This document shows, one piece after another, positions 27,538 through 47,600 of a stretch of DNA of 64,000 nucleotides. Position numbers and translations under genes: made by a program. The DNA lies in assembly GCF_041956535.1 (NCBI RefSeq), contig NW_027192191.1, positions 1,251,443 to 1,315,442 of the forward strand. Reading direction: 5' to 3'. Within the stretch, counting starts at the first letter, position 1. Every line of letters starts with the position of its first letter. Below the pieces are notes generated by a model. The model was given only the letters and a program-made list of their open reading frames with translations, made no database searches and was not told the origin of the DNA. The stretch comes from Calcarisporiella thermophila CBS 279.70 (taxonomy: Eukaryota; Fungi; Calcarisporiellomycota).

Positions 27538-28431
27538 CTAATTATTCAGTTGAGTGGTTTGAGATGGATGCGTTGTGCAAGAAATAGGACCTGGCGTGGT
27601 TGATGTATCGGCTGTGGGAGAAGCAGGCTCGTTGTCTATATTCTCTTCCTCTATTCGTTCCAAAGGCTGGGGAATATCCAATATCTCCTCGTATTTGGGC
27701 GGAAGCTCTTCTCTCTCCAGATACTGCGGAAGTGGCTCCTGGTGTTGCTGCTGCCGTCTAAACAAATATACATAGTCCATTCCCCTTAATCTCTCTTCGC
27801 CCCTGCCTAGTCCTGCCACGCCAGAATTCTGAGTTGCTACTGAGACCTTGCCTCTCAGACAGTACTTCCATACCAAAAACAAGATAAGTATTGTGGTGAA
27901 GATAGCGGAGCAGACGGACGCAAGGATCCACCATAGTTGTGGGAATGGCTGCGGCTGATTGAGGTCATAGGACATTGGTGTATTAACCGTGGGAATTTCC
28001 GTGGGCCTAGAGGTTTTGGTAGCATTTGTCTCGCAGACCATTCGCTTACCGCACACCAAATTGCTGAATTAAAGCGGTGGAATGTTATCCATTTAATGAC
28101 GCATGTAACGGCGGACAAAATATACAAATTAAACATACCTTGAGCACTGATCATCGGTTAAGCATGCACTTCCCAATTTGCTGAATGCTACACAGCTACT
28201 GACGTAGCCTGCGGTAGTATTCACAGTGTGGCAGAATCCGTAGGTTTCGTCGCAAGTTTCGCACTCGTTGAATGCTTGCTTCGGAGGCTGCTCGCAATGT
28301 CCCTCATGACATACATAGCACACGTCATTTTGGCATAATGAATAGCAATCCAAAGAGCATTCTGAGCCGATCGATACAACCGATCTTGACAAAAGAAGGA
28401 CCACTAAAAGTACTGGCAATGGGTACTTCAT
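27538..28431 (-). CDS. Uncharacterised type I membrane protein: signal peptide, Cys-rich ectodomain, TM, PY-motif tail (2 exons)
   Basis: Signal MKYPLPVLLVVLLLSRSVVS, ~14 Cys. An intron at ~28066-28138 joins CS/SNLVCGKRMVC. TM WWILASVCSAIFTTILILFLVW, then LPQY and LPPKY. Confidence 0.75.
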
Positions 28432-28718
28432 TACGCTCAGTTCATTTTACTTTTTTTTTCAAACAACATTCGGTTTATTAAATTTTGGTGGGGTGCTTTA
28501 AATTTCGGTGTCACATTGATCGTCCAGTAATAGCCATTGAAGAATGGCACTTGGTCAGCATAATGATATGTTTATCGCTTGAAAATACTGCCGGCCCATG
28601 GTTTCCAATCCTCAGCCCCACTGAGGAGTTGTTTGTCATGATGGCGATAGAATCACCAAAACCCAAGAAGATTCTTATAGCAAGAAAGATAGAGGATGAG
28701 GCGAAATTTATTAAAGTA

Positions 28719-30840
<2,122 letters not shown>

Positions 30841-31608
30841 GGCTCAACAAATATAGCTCTTAGTCAAACAAACTAATAACCTCGAGCATATTGAATTTAC
30901 TGTTTGAATTTAATACTGCGCCAAATAGTCACATTTCAACCCAGAGGCAATAAATGAAAAAGGATACCAAGGACATTGATTTTGATTATTTCGACTTCAA
31001 GAGTATACTGAGAACTTAAGAGAAGATACTTCAATAGCATGGAGCAAAATATATTGGAAGCGCACAAAGTTGAAAATACTCTAGAATACATACATTATAC
31101 ATTGAGAAATATATACTTTAATAATCAAATCCTATATTGATCATCAAGTTAAAGTGGGTTACCCCCAGACGATCAGAATAACAAGACTATTGAAGGGGAT
31201 AAATGCTACTTCGCTATTGATTGTCACTCTAAGCTGAAGCTTAAACAGAGCCACATTCGTTAAATGTCTCGCTTGATTCACCAAAGGCACAAGTTCATCT
31301 TACAAGTGGAATAAACCCCTCTCCATAATCTCTAGGAAAATATTAGTTCTCTTATTAATAAGGCCCCAGATTCATAAGAGAAGAATAAGATAGCGAATAA
31401 AATCTCAAACCTAAGCTAAAGCTAATAGTGTAAGCCTAAGAAAAATATTATAAAAAATACGTTGGAGAATACGATAGGGTCCATGAGCCCCTCCAATAAT
31501 AATAGAATCCATAATATATATAAAAATTCAAAACTAAAAATCCAAGCCGGATAGAAAAAGTATTTTGAAAGTAGTAAAAGAAGAAGCAACCATTTTTTTT
31601 TTTTTCAT

Positions 31609-34065
<2,457 letters not shown>

Positions 34066-34383
34066 GCTCGGCTTGGTAGTTTAGGGGATGGGAGAGAAAG
34101 ATGAAGAACAGAGAAGAGAAAAAAACAAAGATAAAATATGACAAAAAAAAAGAGAAGCGAATAAAAATTGTTGTGATTTCCTCGATCTTGTTAGAGATAA
34201 GATTTTGATTCCCCCAACCTTCTTACTGCCAACTGATTTCAACACGTGTTTCCCGGCCTATTTTACGGCCGAGAACTTCTGATGACGCTCCTGGAAATCT
34301 GCTACAAGATATTAAAAGTAGTCACTCGTGAACGGTTCAATTTGTTCAGAGTTCCACCTGGTCAACCTACTTGCCTCGGGCAA

Positions 34384-37811
<3,428 letters not shown>

Positions 37812-38571
37812 TAATCAATTGGTTTGTTTTTTTTATCGTCTTTCACATGAAGGAAATCTAATTTAAATGAGTTGATACCAAGAATAATTTGATTGAGAAC
37901 CTTATAAATACTGTAATACAATATCATTTTCGTAATAAGTATGAGTAACGTTGCGTTTGTAATATAGTCTGCCTGTTTTTTTATAATAGGCTGAGTCATT
38001 TTCCCATGAGCGTTGAGTGCGTATGGGATTATTTCTTTTGCAATAAATGATGTGAGCAAAGAGCAAAAGTTTGGAAATATCTAGCTCGATAATATATTGG
38101 TATTTTTCTGAGACTACGCATAAATGATTAAGACTTGAGTGTCGGATAAAAGCATGTGATTAATAATAATTATGCCGTGCAAAGGGAGTCAGACTATTGA
38201 ACCTACTTTCGAGTTTCGCATTGAAAGTGGTGAAGATATACTTTTTTGTAGGCCTTTATGCTGTGGCTGGCACATTAATCGAAGAAACTTAACATTGGGG
38301 CAAATTGGGCCAACTTCGTCTTGTGGTTTAGTTGAACCATGGGAACATGGAAAACTTTATTTTATGTGGGGGGAGGGAGGAGATTTCCACATTAACATAG
38401 AAATTGGGTAAAAGAAAAAAGGAGCTGGTTTATTTAGCGAACCGTTGCGGGAGGCAAATAAAGATGCTGAAGAAAAAAAAAATCATATAATTTCAGTTAT
38501 ATAACATATATTCAAGACAACGACACGAGATTAAAAAAAAGAACAAGATAGTAGCGATAGCGCTCTAAAGT

Positions 38572-39928
38572 TTATTCAGCTCGTTTTTTGCTGGGGATAT
38601 TACTTGTAATACTTTCATAACTTCTTCATATACGGTGAAGATAATCCCTCCCGAAAACTAAATTAAGAAAGAATATGATATTAGAATCCCAACCAGAAGA
38701 TAGTCAAAATGTAATTACCATCAACCGCGTTAACCGCGGAGTCGCACCCTTCCAGAACGACAAAACCCCTTCATTTCTCAACGTTTTCAAAAAGCAATCC
38801 AAAGAGTTCTTATAAAGCTCCTTGGCTCGCAGCCCTTGCATTTTTGTCTTAACACAATCGAGTGGCATCGTTGTGTACACACAGATCACGCCGGCAGTTG
38901 CTCCTATTCCAAAGGTTGCCCAGGCAGGCGGAGTCTTGCCCGGTTCAAGATGTAGCCAAATTTGAACACGCTGTTTCAGCAATGAATATACAGTGAACCG
39001 CACAGCACTGTTGGCAGATTGGCGAAGCATCACAGGAAAGAGACCGCGATAGACACCACCAGGCCCTTCTTCCCGTACTATTGTTGTCACACCTACGGAA
39101 GGAAGGTGAAAGAATTAAATAGATTTGAAAGATGACGCGAACTATAATGAATAACAATTGTCTCCTTTTATATCTCTAGTTGAACACCTACCATGTACTA
39201 GCCCTTTATATTTAGGGTGTGGTTGGTTTTGGTCATGGATCAACTTAGTCCTATACAGAAGAGGGGCGTTAAAAATTCAGAGTGAATTGTCCACTTTTCA
39301 GCAAGTACTGTATTACTTTATGGTTTCCGTTGGAGTAACGACCAGAACACTCTCTGTGATACCAGCGCCAATACCAGCTATAATAATAAAAGGAAATATG
39401 GTCTAGATACACATTCTTAGCAGTATTATCGCACGACACGTACCAATTAATGATCTTGTGCCAGTCAACCGACCCTTCTCATCTCTGAGGGGATTCGCGA
39501 TTGCATCAAAGGTCAAAAACCGTACACCAGCTTTGGCTGCTGTTCCAATAACGAGAGCAGACAATCCCCGATATACGGCGGAGATGCCTTGAGTACGAAC
39601 AGTCGTCCTTAAGCAGTCGATAGGCCCTTTATATTTCTACAATGAAAATATAAAATTTAAGAGTTAGTATTGTAATGTCGCCTAATGTTTGTAAATCAAC
39701 GAAGAATTACTGCAGGTGCTCCTTTGTTAGCCTCTTGTAGCTGAAGCTGCGTTTTTACATATTCGGTTGGATAGGTGATGGTAGCTTCAACTGCTCCCGC
39801 TACACCACCGGCAATCAGCGAATGAAGAGGATTATCTTGCTATAGATACTTGCATTTAGTACTACAATAATTCCAACCACCATCCATTGTTTTTTTTCGC
39901 TAATTACTCTTTTCTTAGTGTTGGACAT
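38572..39928 (-). CDS. CTP1: Mitochondrial tricarboxylate (citrate) transporter Ctp1
   Basis: [81 protein letters not shown]. Confidence 0.93.
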
Positions 39929-40248
39929 AATGCTTACGCGCTACCAGTACTTGGGAATAAGAAATATATAAGGCTTATGTGGAATTGTGGGAGAAAAATA
40001 AACTTGAAAACTCTTTTTCAGGAGAAAAAAATTGCAGATATAATAAAAATGGCATTTCACTGAGACTGAATTTTGCTCCCGTTTTTGGATCAATGACAAT
40101 TGATAATTGATAATCTTTTCCAATTGTCAATTTTATATCTCCACTCGAGAAATGGCTTAATTCTCAGCAACTGGAGGAGGAAGAAGGCAAAAAGAATTAC
40201 AAAAGAAGACAAATATAATAAACATCGCATGTTAACCAGCCAGAATAC

Positions 40249-42556
40249 TTAATCTTTGCCCAGTTCACCAAGCTCTCGTAAAAATCCAACTGGATTCTCA
40301 AGCTCAGTTGCACCATAAACAATGCGCTTCTTTATGTTCTGACGCTGAGCGTATTCCTGCAAATTTTGGTATTCTATATAATTTCCTCCTCCGACCACAA
40401 ATACGATTGCCTCCTGATATGTGCCACGCCCTCGTGATTTGTTCGCTTCGGTTGAACGGCCAGCCTTTGGATCGAAGTAGAGATAATCTTCGGTTTCATT
40501 CACTGCTGCTGCTGACGCAGAGCTGGGCTCCATAAGCGCTTCCACTACACGCGTAATAGCAAGATCCTTGCGCGCCGGAAGGAAATTCTTCACACCGGAG
40601 AGCAAATTCTCAAAGCTGCCGCTTAGTCCACCCTCCTTCAACCTGTCTGTGAGTTTATTACTGATGCTGCTAAAACCACGGAAAAGATCACCCGTCTGGC
40701 CGAAGCTCGAGGACGGCTGTGTCGACTGCTGGGCAGTCATGGCCGTCATTTTAGAAAAGGCTCGCATTCTGCGAGAAAACAAAAGCGTTATCAAAATAAG
40801 AAATAAGAAAATAATAGCTTTAACATACCTTTTGATATAATTGAGAGGGGCCAAGTCACATCCAGCTTTCTTCAAAGCCTCTTCGTACTCTTCCATATCT
40901 TCCCGTGAGATCTCCCCAGCAGAAGATAAATAGAAAATGATGAAAAGACGCAATTTATCCTCTGGGCCTTTTTTAGCCGGATCAGTGATCGCTTCAAGAA
41001 TTGCTGCCTTGTTCTGTTTCACAATTGAATCTTCCATCTGATAAAACGTATGGAGTTGACGTTCATTGACTTCACGGAGCAAAGATGTCGCAATATTCAT
41101 GTGCATATCGAGTGTTGCCTTGCGAGCTGTTAATTCTGGAAGTGCAGTAATCGCAGATTTGAGGTGCTGCGCATTCGAGGAAAAGTCCATGTGTGACACG
41201 TCATCGAGAGAATTTGCTCCGCTAAGACGTGTGATATCCGCTGCATCATTCTTATATTTTGTTAGCTCGAGATCAATATCCTCAGCAACATCGGGGAAAG
41301 GTTTGGGAGCATTTTTGCTCCAAAAGTAGTCCTTGGGATCAACATCATAGCATTTTCGAACCATGCGACCATTCTCTTCATTCTAAAGAAAACAACATAG
41401 GTTAGCCTATGTTTGTAATGCAAAAGTATACGAATGGCCTACATGAACGGTGATTCGATTCAAGCGTAAATCCAACAAATCATGTGCTAGAGCCTGGTAT
41501 GTCCACGAATGACTCAACATGGGCAGAAGGTCAAGACTTCTGTCTAATATTATCAAAACTATAGAGAAACAAAAAACTGTCAGCCGATATTCGGTGTGGT
41601 TTTAATAAGAATTTTTGCTCCTTTTACCTGGCCGCTGGAATCCTGGCTGCGTATTTTTTGTGAAAAGGTCGTTTCTCCCATTCATTATGTGGTCCCGCAA
41701 CCGGCTCTCCAGCTTGCGTGCGATCATTTCCGCCGCATTTCCGCGAGGACATCGTATTACCGGAACAACACCCATTGTCACGAGCACCGAAAACATAGAG
41801 TTGGTTGCACGATCTATTATCGACTCAATGACCGACTCTGCGGCCTTCGGATCATTCAGTTTGTGGTAACATCCGGGCTGATTGAGTGAGAAAAGATTTG
41901 GCTCTGTGCACACAAAATTCAGGTATTGATCGTAAACTTGAGAGACTAAATGTGAGGTATTGGTAGAAACAGCGGTGGCAGCAAATTCTTCGAGTAGAGG
42001 ACGAGGAATGACAGATGAAAAGTTAATATAGAAACTTTCATATAGGCCACGAGACATGTCCTATATTTTTTCAATATATAAGCTAGGAATTCTTTTGAAA
42101 GGTCAGTTAGCGAACCAACCTCGCAAACTCTACGAATATTATCCTGTGTCGGCTCCATAAAGTAAATTGCGGGCACATCAGTGATAGGTTGCCGATCGCT
42201 TTTCATTTGCCTTCATAAGTAAAATGTAGAGTCAGCACTTTTTCCAACACTTCAAATTCCAAAATTCAAAAGCCACACTTACATGTGCACAGTTATCCCA
42301 TTTTCCCTTAAATCATTAACCCGAAGCACCGATGATATGACATCCTGTCCCAATTGGTCAAAAATGAGCACTTTCCAGATGGGATCGTCTTCATGTCCTT
42401 GGTCATCGGGTTTTCGGTTTAGATTAAGCATGGATGTGATGACGTCTAGAAAACCATCGTAAGATTCGCAGAAAGGATCGTGAAAAAGCATCAGCTTTAT
42501 ATACCTATCTGCTGGTCTCGAAGGGACCGTTCACGTCCTAATGTTACGGTCGCCAT
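40249..42556 (-). CDS. SLY1: Sec1/Munc18-family protein Sly1
   Basis: SLRDQQI..., [79 protein letters not shown]. Confidence 0.95.
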
Positions 42557-42913
42557 AATCTTAGCAATCTACTTGTTGAGGAAAAATAATTTGAAAAAGT
42601 AGATCTTTCGGTTTGAGAAGCCTGACATTTCTCGACGCGTTTAAATTGTGCGGCTTATGAAAAAAGTATAACTGAGAAATTTTAATACTGATGTGCGTGA
42701 TTAAGTAAACCAGGTTTTAGACGAAATTGTATTCAAACAAAAAAAGAGATGAGGTAAAAATATAAGATAACGAGGGCGTGAATATATTAAATAGAAAGAA
42801 TCAACATTGCAAATATGTTTAGACAAAAAGATATCATTTAGTTTTTTAACTTAATTTAGATGAACAAGAGGGGAAAATTAGGTAGTGGAGTGTAAAAGAA
42901 TGACCAGTGTTGC

Positions 42914-43958
42914 TTAGCTCTCCATCATCCCGTTTGCTCCTTCACCATAAAATTTGGGGGGTGGCGGGGGTTGTCTTCTAGCAATTCCGCTTGTTGAGGA
43001 AACGTTGCCCCCTGGTGGTGATGTATTAAAAGATACTCTGCTGGTATCGGCAGCTGCAGCAGCGGCTGCTAACAATAAGAGAGGTCTTCCCTCTCCCCCT
43101 CCTACTCCTACATGCGTGCCTCCCGGAGGAATCATTTGTGCTTGCATTTCGGACGATGTGTTTGCCATCACAGGTGGTAGCATCATCTCAGCAGGTTCAC
43201 CATGAGAAACTCCACTTGAATTGTAAGCTTGCTGTAGTGTCTGCCACCGGGGTGAGGTTGGTGTGGACTGACTCAAGTTCATGCGTTCAAATAGTAATCG
43301 AGGAGAATTTGGCGCCGAGAAATGTCCATATCGCTCTACAATAGATGCGGCAAACGGTGGAGACAACAGTTTCTTTTCGCTAGAATTTCTGTTATTTCCA
43401 CTATCCTGCATGGCAACATCGACCATTGATGCGCATCCACCCTGCACCTCGATTTCTTTTCGAAGTGCTAGATTCTCACGTTGCAGTTCTCGAATATATT
43501 CGACAGCCATACGCAAAGTCGCACCTTTGCTCTGCTTGGGTTTGGACTCCGAATGGACACTAGTCGAAATCAGCTCACCTATCTCCATTATGAGACTGTT
43601 AATGTTGTCACGTCGTCGACGCTCTATGTGATTGTGATTTTCACGGCGACGTAATAACCGTTCCATGGTTGTTTTACTATCCACTTCATGTCTAAAGCAA
43701 GAATATGAATTGCATATATATTATATATCATTTAGGTATAAGTTGAGCCAAAATATACCTGTTGAGGATATTCATCCCATTAACTTTGTAAGTAACTTGT
43801 TTCTTCCCTTTCACTTTCGACCCAAATTCGTGCTCTTCCTCCTCCCCATTATCCCATCCGGGCGAAGATGCTCGTGAGGTTGCAGCAGACGAGTCATAAA
43901 TATGATGATCACGGGCATGCAGAGACGATCCGCCAGGTGGTGAGGATTCTAATGTCAT
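42914..43958 (-). CDS. bHLH(-ZIP) transcription factor (USF/MiT-like basic region), 2 exons
   Basis: MTLESSPPGG...YKVNGMNILNR/...ERLLRRRENHNHIERRRRDNINSLI...SKGATLRMAVEYIRELQ. Confidence 0.85.
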
Positions 43959-44615
43959 AGTGTTGGTATCAATCTCTTTAATGATCTGAAAAAAGTACTG
44001 CAGGATCTCAAGGGAACGATTTTTCAAGAATTCAAGGTAGCAACTTTTTTTCTCCAGAGAAAGCTGTGAAAAAAAGGGAAAAAAATTGATTTTGCGCACG
44101 TGAACAGATTGGGACCGTGCAAGGGGGAAAATCTTCCAAACAATGAACGAAGCAATTTAAGATTTCAAAAATTCTAAAAATGTCACCCCATACTAAGCAT
44201 ATTTCAATGAATAGTAAAACAATGAAATAAAAGGTGATTAAAGCCAGGCTCAGTAAACGCAGTATTCTTGGTTTAGTAACAATACACTCAATATTGATAT
44301 CATTTGTGAAAAAATCCACTTTTCCAAATATTTGATATTGAAAGCGAAAGAAAATATTACTTCACGACTCATTAAACATATTGGTGGCAATTATATACAC
44401 GAACACAGTAATTTCAATTTTCCGCTGGATCTAAATTAACTGGTATAGTTGATACGACACTTAGATTAGTAAATAATATTCGAAAGAAAAAGCGAAGAAG
44501 AGGAGTTGTTGTGACTATTGCCTAATTGCAAATTCAAGTTATTACAAAGAAGAGTAACTCATTATGGATGGCGCTATACATAAAGAAGTGTAGGCGAAAT
44601 TTGGGACGAGGGGAT

Positions 44616-47600
44616 TTATAATGCTTTAACTGCAGTGCTCTGTTCTTGTGGGTTATCACTGGTTGTAGATGCAGGGATGCTCGTCTCTGTGGTAGAACTC
44701 GGTTGACGCTCGGAAGCATTGTCATTTGACTAAGAAAAATTAAAATAAAAATAGAATTCATTTATGATCCGAGAAGCTTAGAATAGTCAGATTACCTTAG
44801 TGCATGGAGGCGAGCGACATACTACCATTGTTCGCGAGAATATATCTTTGAAAGACAATCTGGGCGGGGGTTTGGAATCCTTCGTATCAGTAGGAGGGGG
44901 TACTGTTGTTGCATTATCTGATGAATCTTTTGCGCTATCGTCTACCAACAACGAGGAAATCTTCATATCGAAGACTCGACCATTCTCACCACCTGTGTTG
45001 GATGTTTCAGATACAGTGGTGGAATATTGTCGATACAGAGTACTATAGCACATAACAAGCAATTGATCAATATCTCCTTCGCTGGGACAGTAATGATTAT
45101 TGAGTTTTTTGATCTCGTAAATATCTTGCATCATTCCAAGTGCAACTGGACGGGGTTCCGCAGCGAAGAAACGTTGCTCAACAGAAGCTCGATTTTGCTC
45201 GAATTCCGTCTTTGAGAGTGTACCGACAAGAACGAGTGGTGGAAGCGAGTTAATTTGGTCACGATAAACCTATTTGGTACATTGAGTGGGGTTCGTGATA
45301 GGCAAAGGGTCGAAGCGATTTAACACTTACATCTAGGAAAGCATTATAAAGTTTTGACCATATCTCCCGATGTTCCAGGAGGATACTTGACGCCTTCCGC
45401 AGTCGCCGACAGAGCATTTTTAGGGTCTCGGTATCATTAGTTTCTCTTGCAAGTCTAATCATGAAATCGGTATAGGATTGGACATAAACAAAATGACGAC
45501 CCGATCTTTTAGAACTATAAATAAAAAAGAACATTAATTTAGCACAAAATAGTTTATATTAAGAAATATTTACTTTTCAAAATCCGGTGTCCAAACTTGG
45601 ATCAATGTTTTCGTAGGGGTTTTTAGTTGGAAGAGCTGCTGAAGCTCAAGCTTGGCTTTATCTGGATCATTATATACCTTGTGCAGCATCCAAGCGTGCT
45701 AAAATAAAATATAGATATTAGATAATTTGCGATTGCAGAAATAAATAATGATACGTACACGATATACAGGGCGATGGTGCCATTTTTTCTTATCCGCTGC
45801 ACGTATCTGCAAGAGTCTGTTCAGAATGGCGTTATATGCAGAAAGCTCTTCGGCCGAGACTCCTACAACTGAAGTAAACCTCTCTGACTCTCCAGTGCTG
45901 GAATGCTCCATAAGTACTTGTTGTGATTGTGTCATGGTTTCTTGGTCGTTGGAATAGCCTGTGACATGCCGAGTCTGAAAGCTGTTAAAGATCTCGTGAT
46001 TAATCGCCTTGAGCACTTCATCTACCTATAAAATTTACAAGAAATTGAGTAAAAAAATGTGGAGAACTTCTAGGAGAAAACAAATATAAAATTTAATTGT
46101 TGAATAATTTACCGAAATGCTCTTCCGAAACAATGACTTTGCCAATAGAGACACAACCTTATACACAGGCTCCAAAACTCTATCTTTTTCTTTGTCTCGC
46201 TCCCGGTTAGCATTAATATAAGCATTCTCAGCTAGGTTGGCGGCAATGAAATAAAACCGCAGAGCATTCTAAAATTGGAAGAGAGTATATTTGAATCCGT
46301 CCAGCGAGCGTGAGAAAATTAACACTTACTTCTGGTTTCTTCTCCAATTTCTCAGAGCATTTTCCGATCATATAGGGCAGTCTAGTCAAAAAAGTTATAA
46401 TTACATAACAATATCAAAAACTACAAAAATGTATAATATAATACCTCCAATCGTTTGGGTCCAGAGACATGGCCCTCCCAAAGCAATACTTTGCGAATTT
46501 AAACACTTGTGTCGTCATAGGTTCAGAGTTATCATCTTTAATAAATTCAGCAGTACCATCGGAGGCAAGAGAGGGTCGTTTTAGACTGCTGCGAAAACCT
46601 ATCATTGCCATTGGGGCTGTAGACATGGCAAAAATGTGATATCCGAAATCGCTCCAGAGGGAGACGATCTCTGTGCGGGTATCTCGGTCTTTCAATGGCT
46701 TAATTGATGGGTTTCTCAACATAAGAGAAATTGCTCGAGAATAACAGTGGAACGCTTTCTATATAAAAAAAACCAGTTTAGTAGTTTTTTTTTCCAACCC
46801 AGAAAAGAGGCTATTTACCTTTTGTAATTCTAAAACTCGGTTCATGTTACTTTGTATTTCTAGAGCACTCCATGTGAGCGTCTCATCTGCTACCCCAATA
46901 AACGATTGAGCTAGCGCGTGCCAACCAGTGTAGCTCTCAGGGCACATGATTAAATGTTTCTATATGTCCAAGCATTTTAGTTAAATCAGAGCCGATTTTC
47001 ATGGGAAAATATTGACGAACCGTAAAATAATCGATGGCTGTCTCAAAATCTTCCGTTGCCTGGTATGCGTTTGTCTTAGCCCGACTTTTAGCCATTCCTT
47101 GGAATATTTTGCCTTGAATATAATATATCTTGAAGTAGACGTCTGATGATAGATACGTAAATATCTGTCAAGTTAATAGTAGCCTAAACATATTCATACC
47201 TGAAGAAATTTTTTTGCGAAATGCCTCTTCACTGGCGGTCGTTAACGGCACACATCCAGAGGTAAAATCGACCTCTTCGAAAAAGCGCACGCTGGACACT
47301 AGATATCGTTCAATGGCACTCCGATTTAAGGCCACCAATCCTAGCAAGATAGAATAGAGGTAAGCGATAATCACCAAAATAGCAATATAGCATTCAATAC
47401 CAATATCGTAGGGGGGGTCAGAAAATTGCTCAGCTATGTCACTTAGCACATCTTTTATATCTGCTTTCAGCTGTCCAGGACGGAGTGCCTTATCCGATAA
47501 ACTCGATGAGACAGAGTTAAAAACTCTAGCTGCGGCCGATTTGTCGAATTTTTGTGGAGTGCTCTCGTGCTCAATTGGGTATACAGAGTCAGCCTACATG

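Noticed and set aside
30918-30925. E2F-like TTTGGCGC site and similar motifs in a few promoters
   Set aside because: Too few and too degenerate to separate from chance.
30954-31019. Small ORF MKKDTKDIDFDYFDFKSILRT*
   Set aside because: 21 codons in AT-rich intergenic DNA; no supporting splice or homology evidence.
38046-38112. ATGATGT...CTGA between the kinase and CTP1
   Set aside because: Imperfect box C, no recognisable guide or terminal stem.
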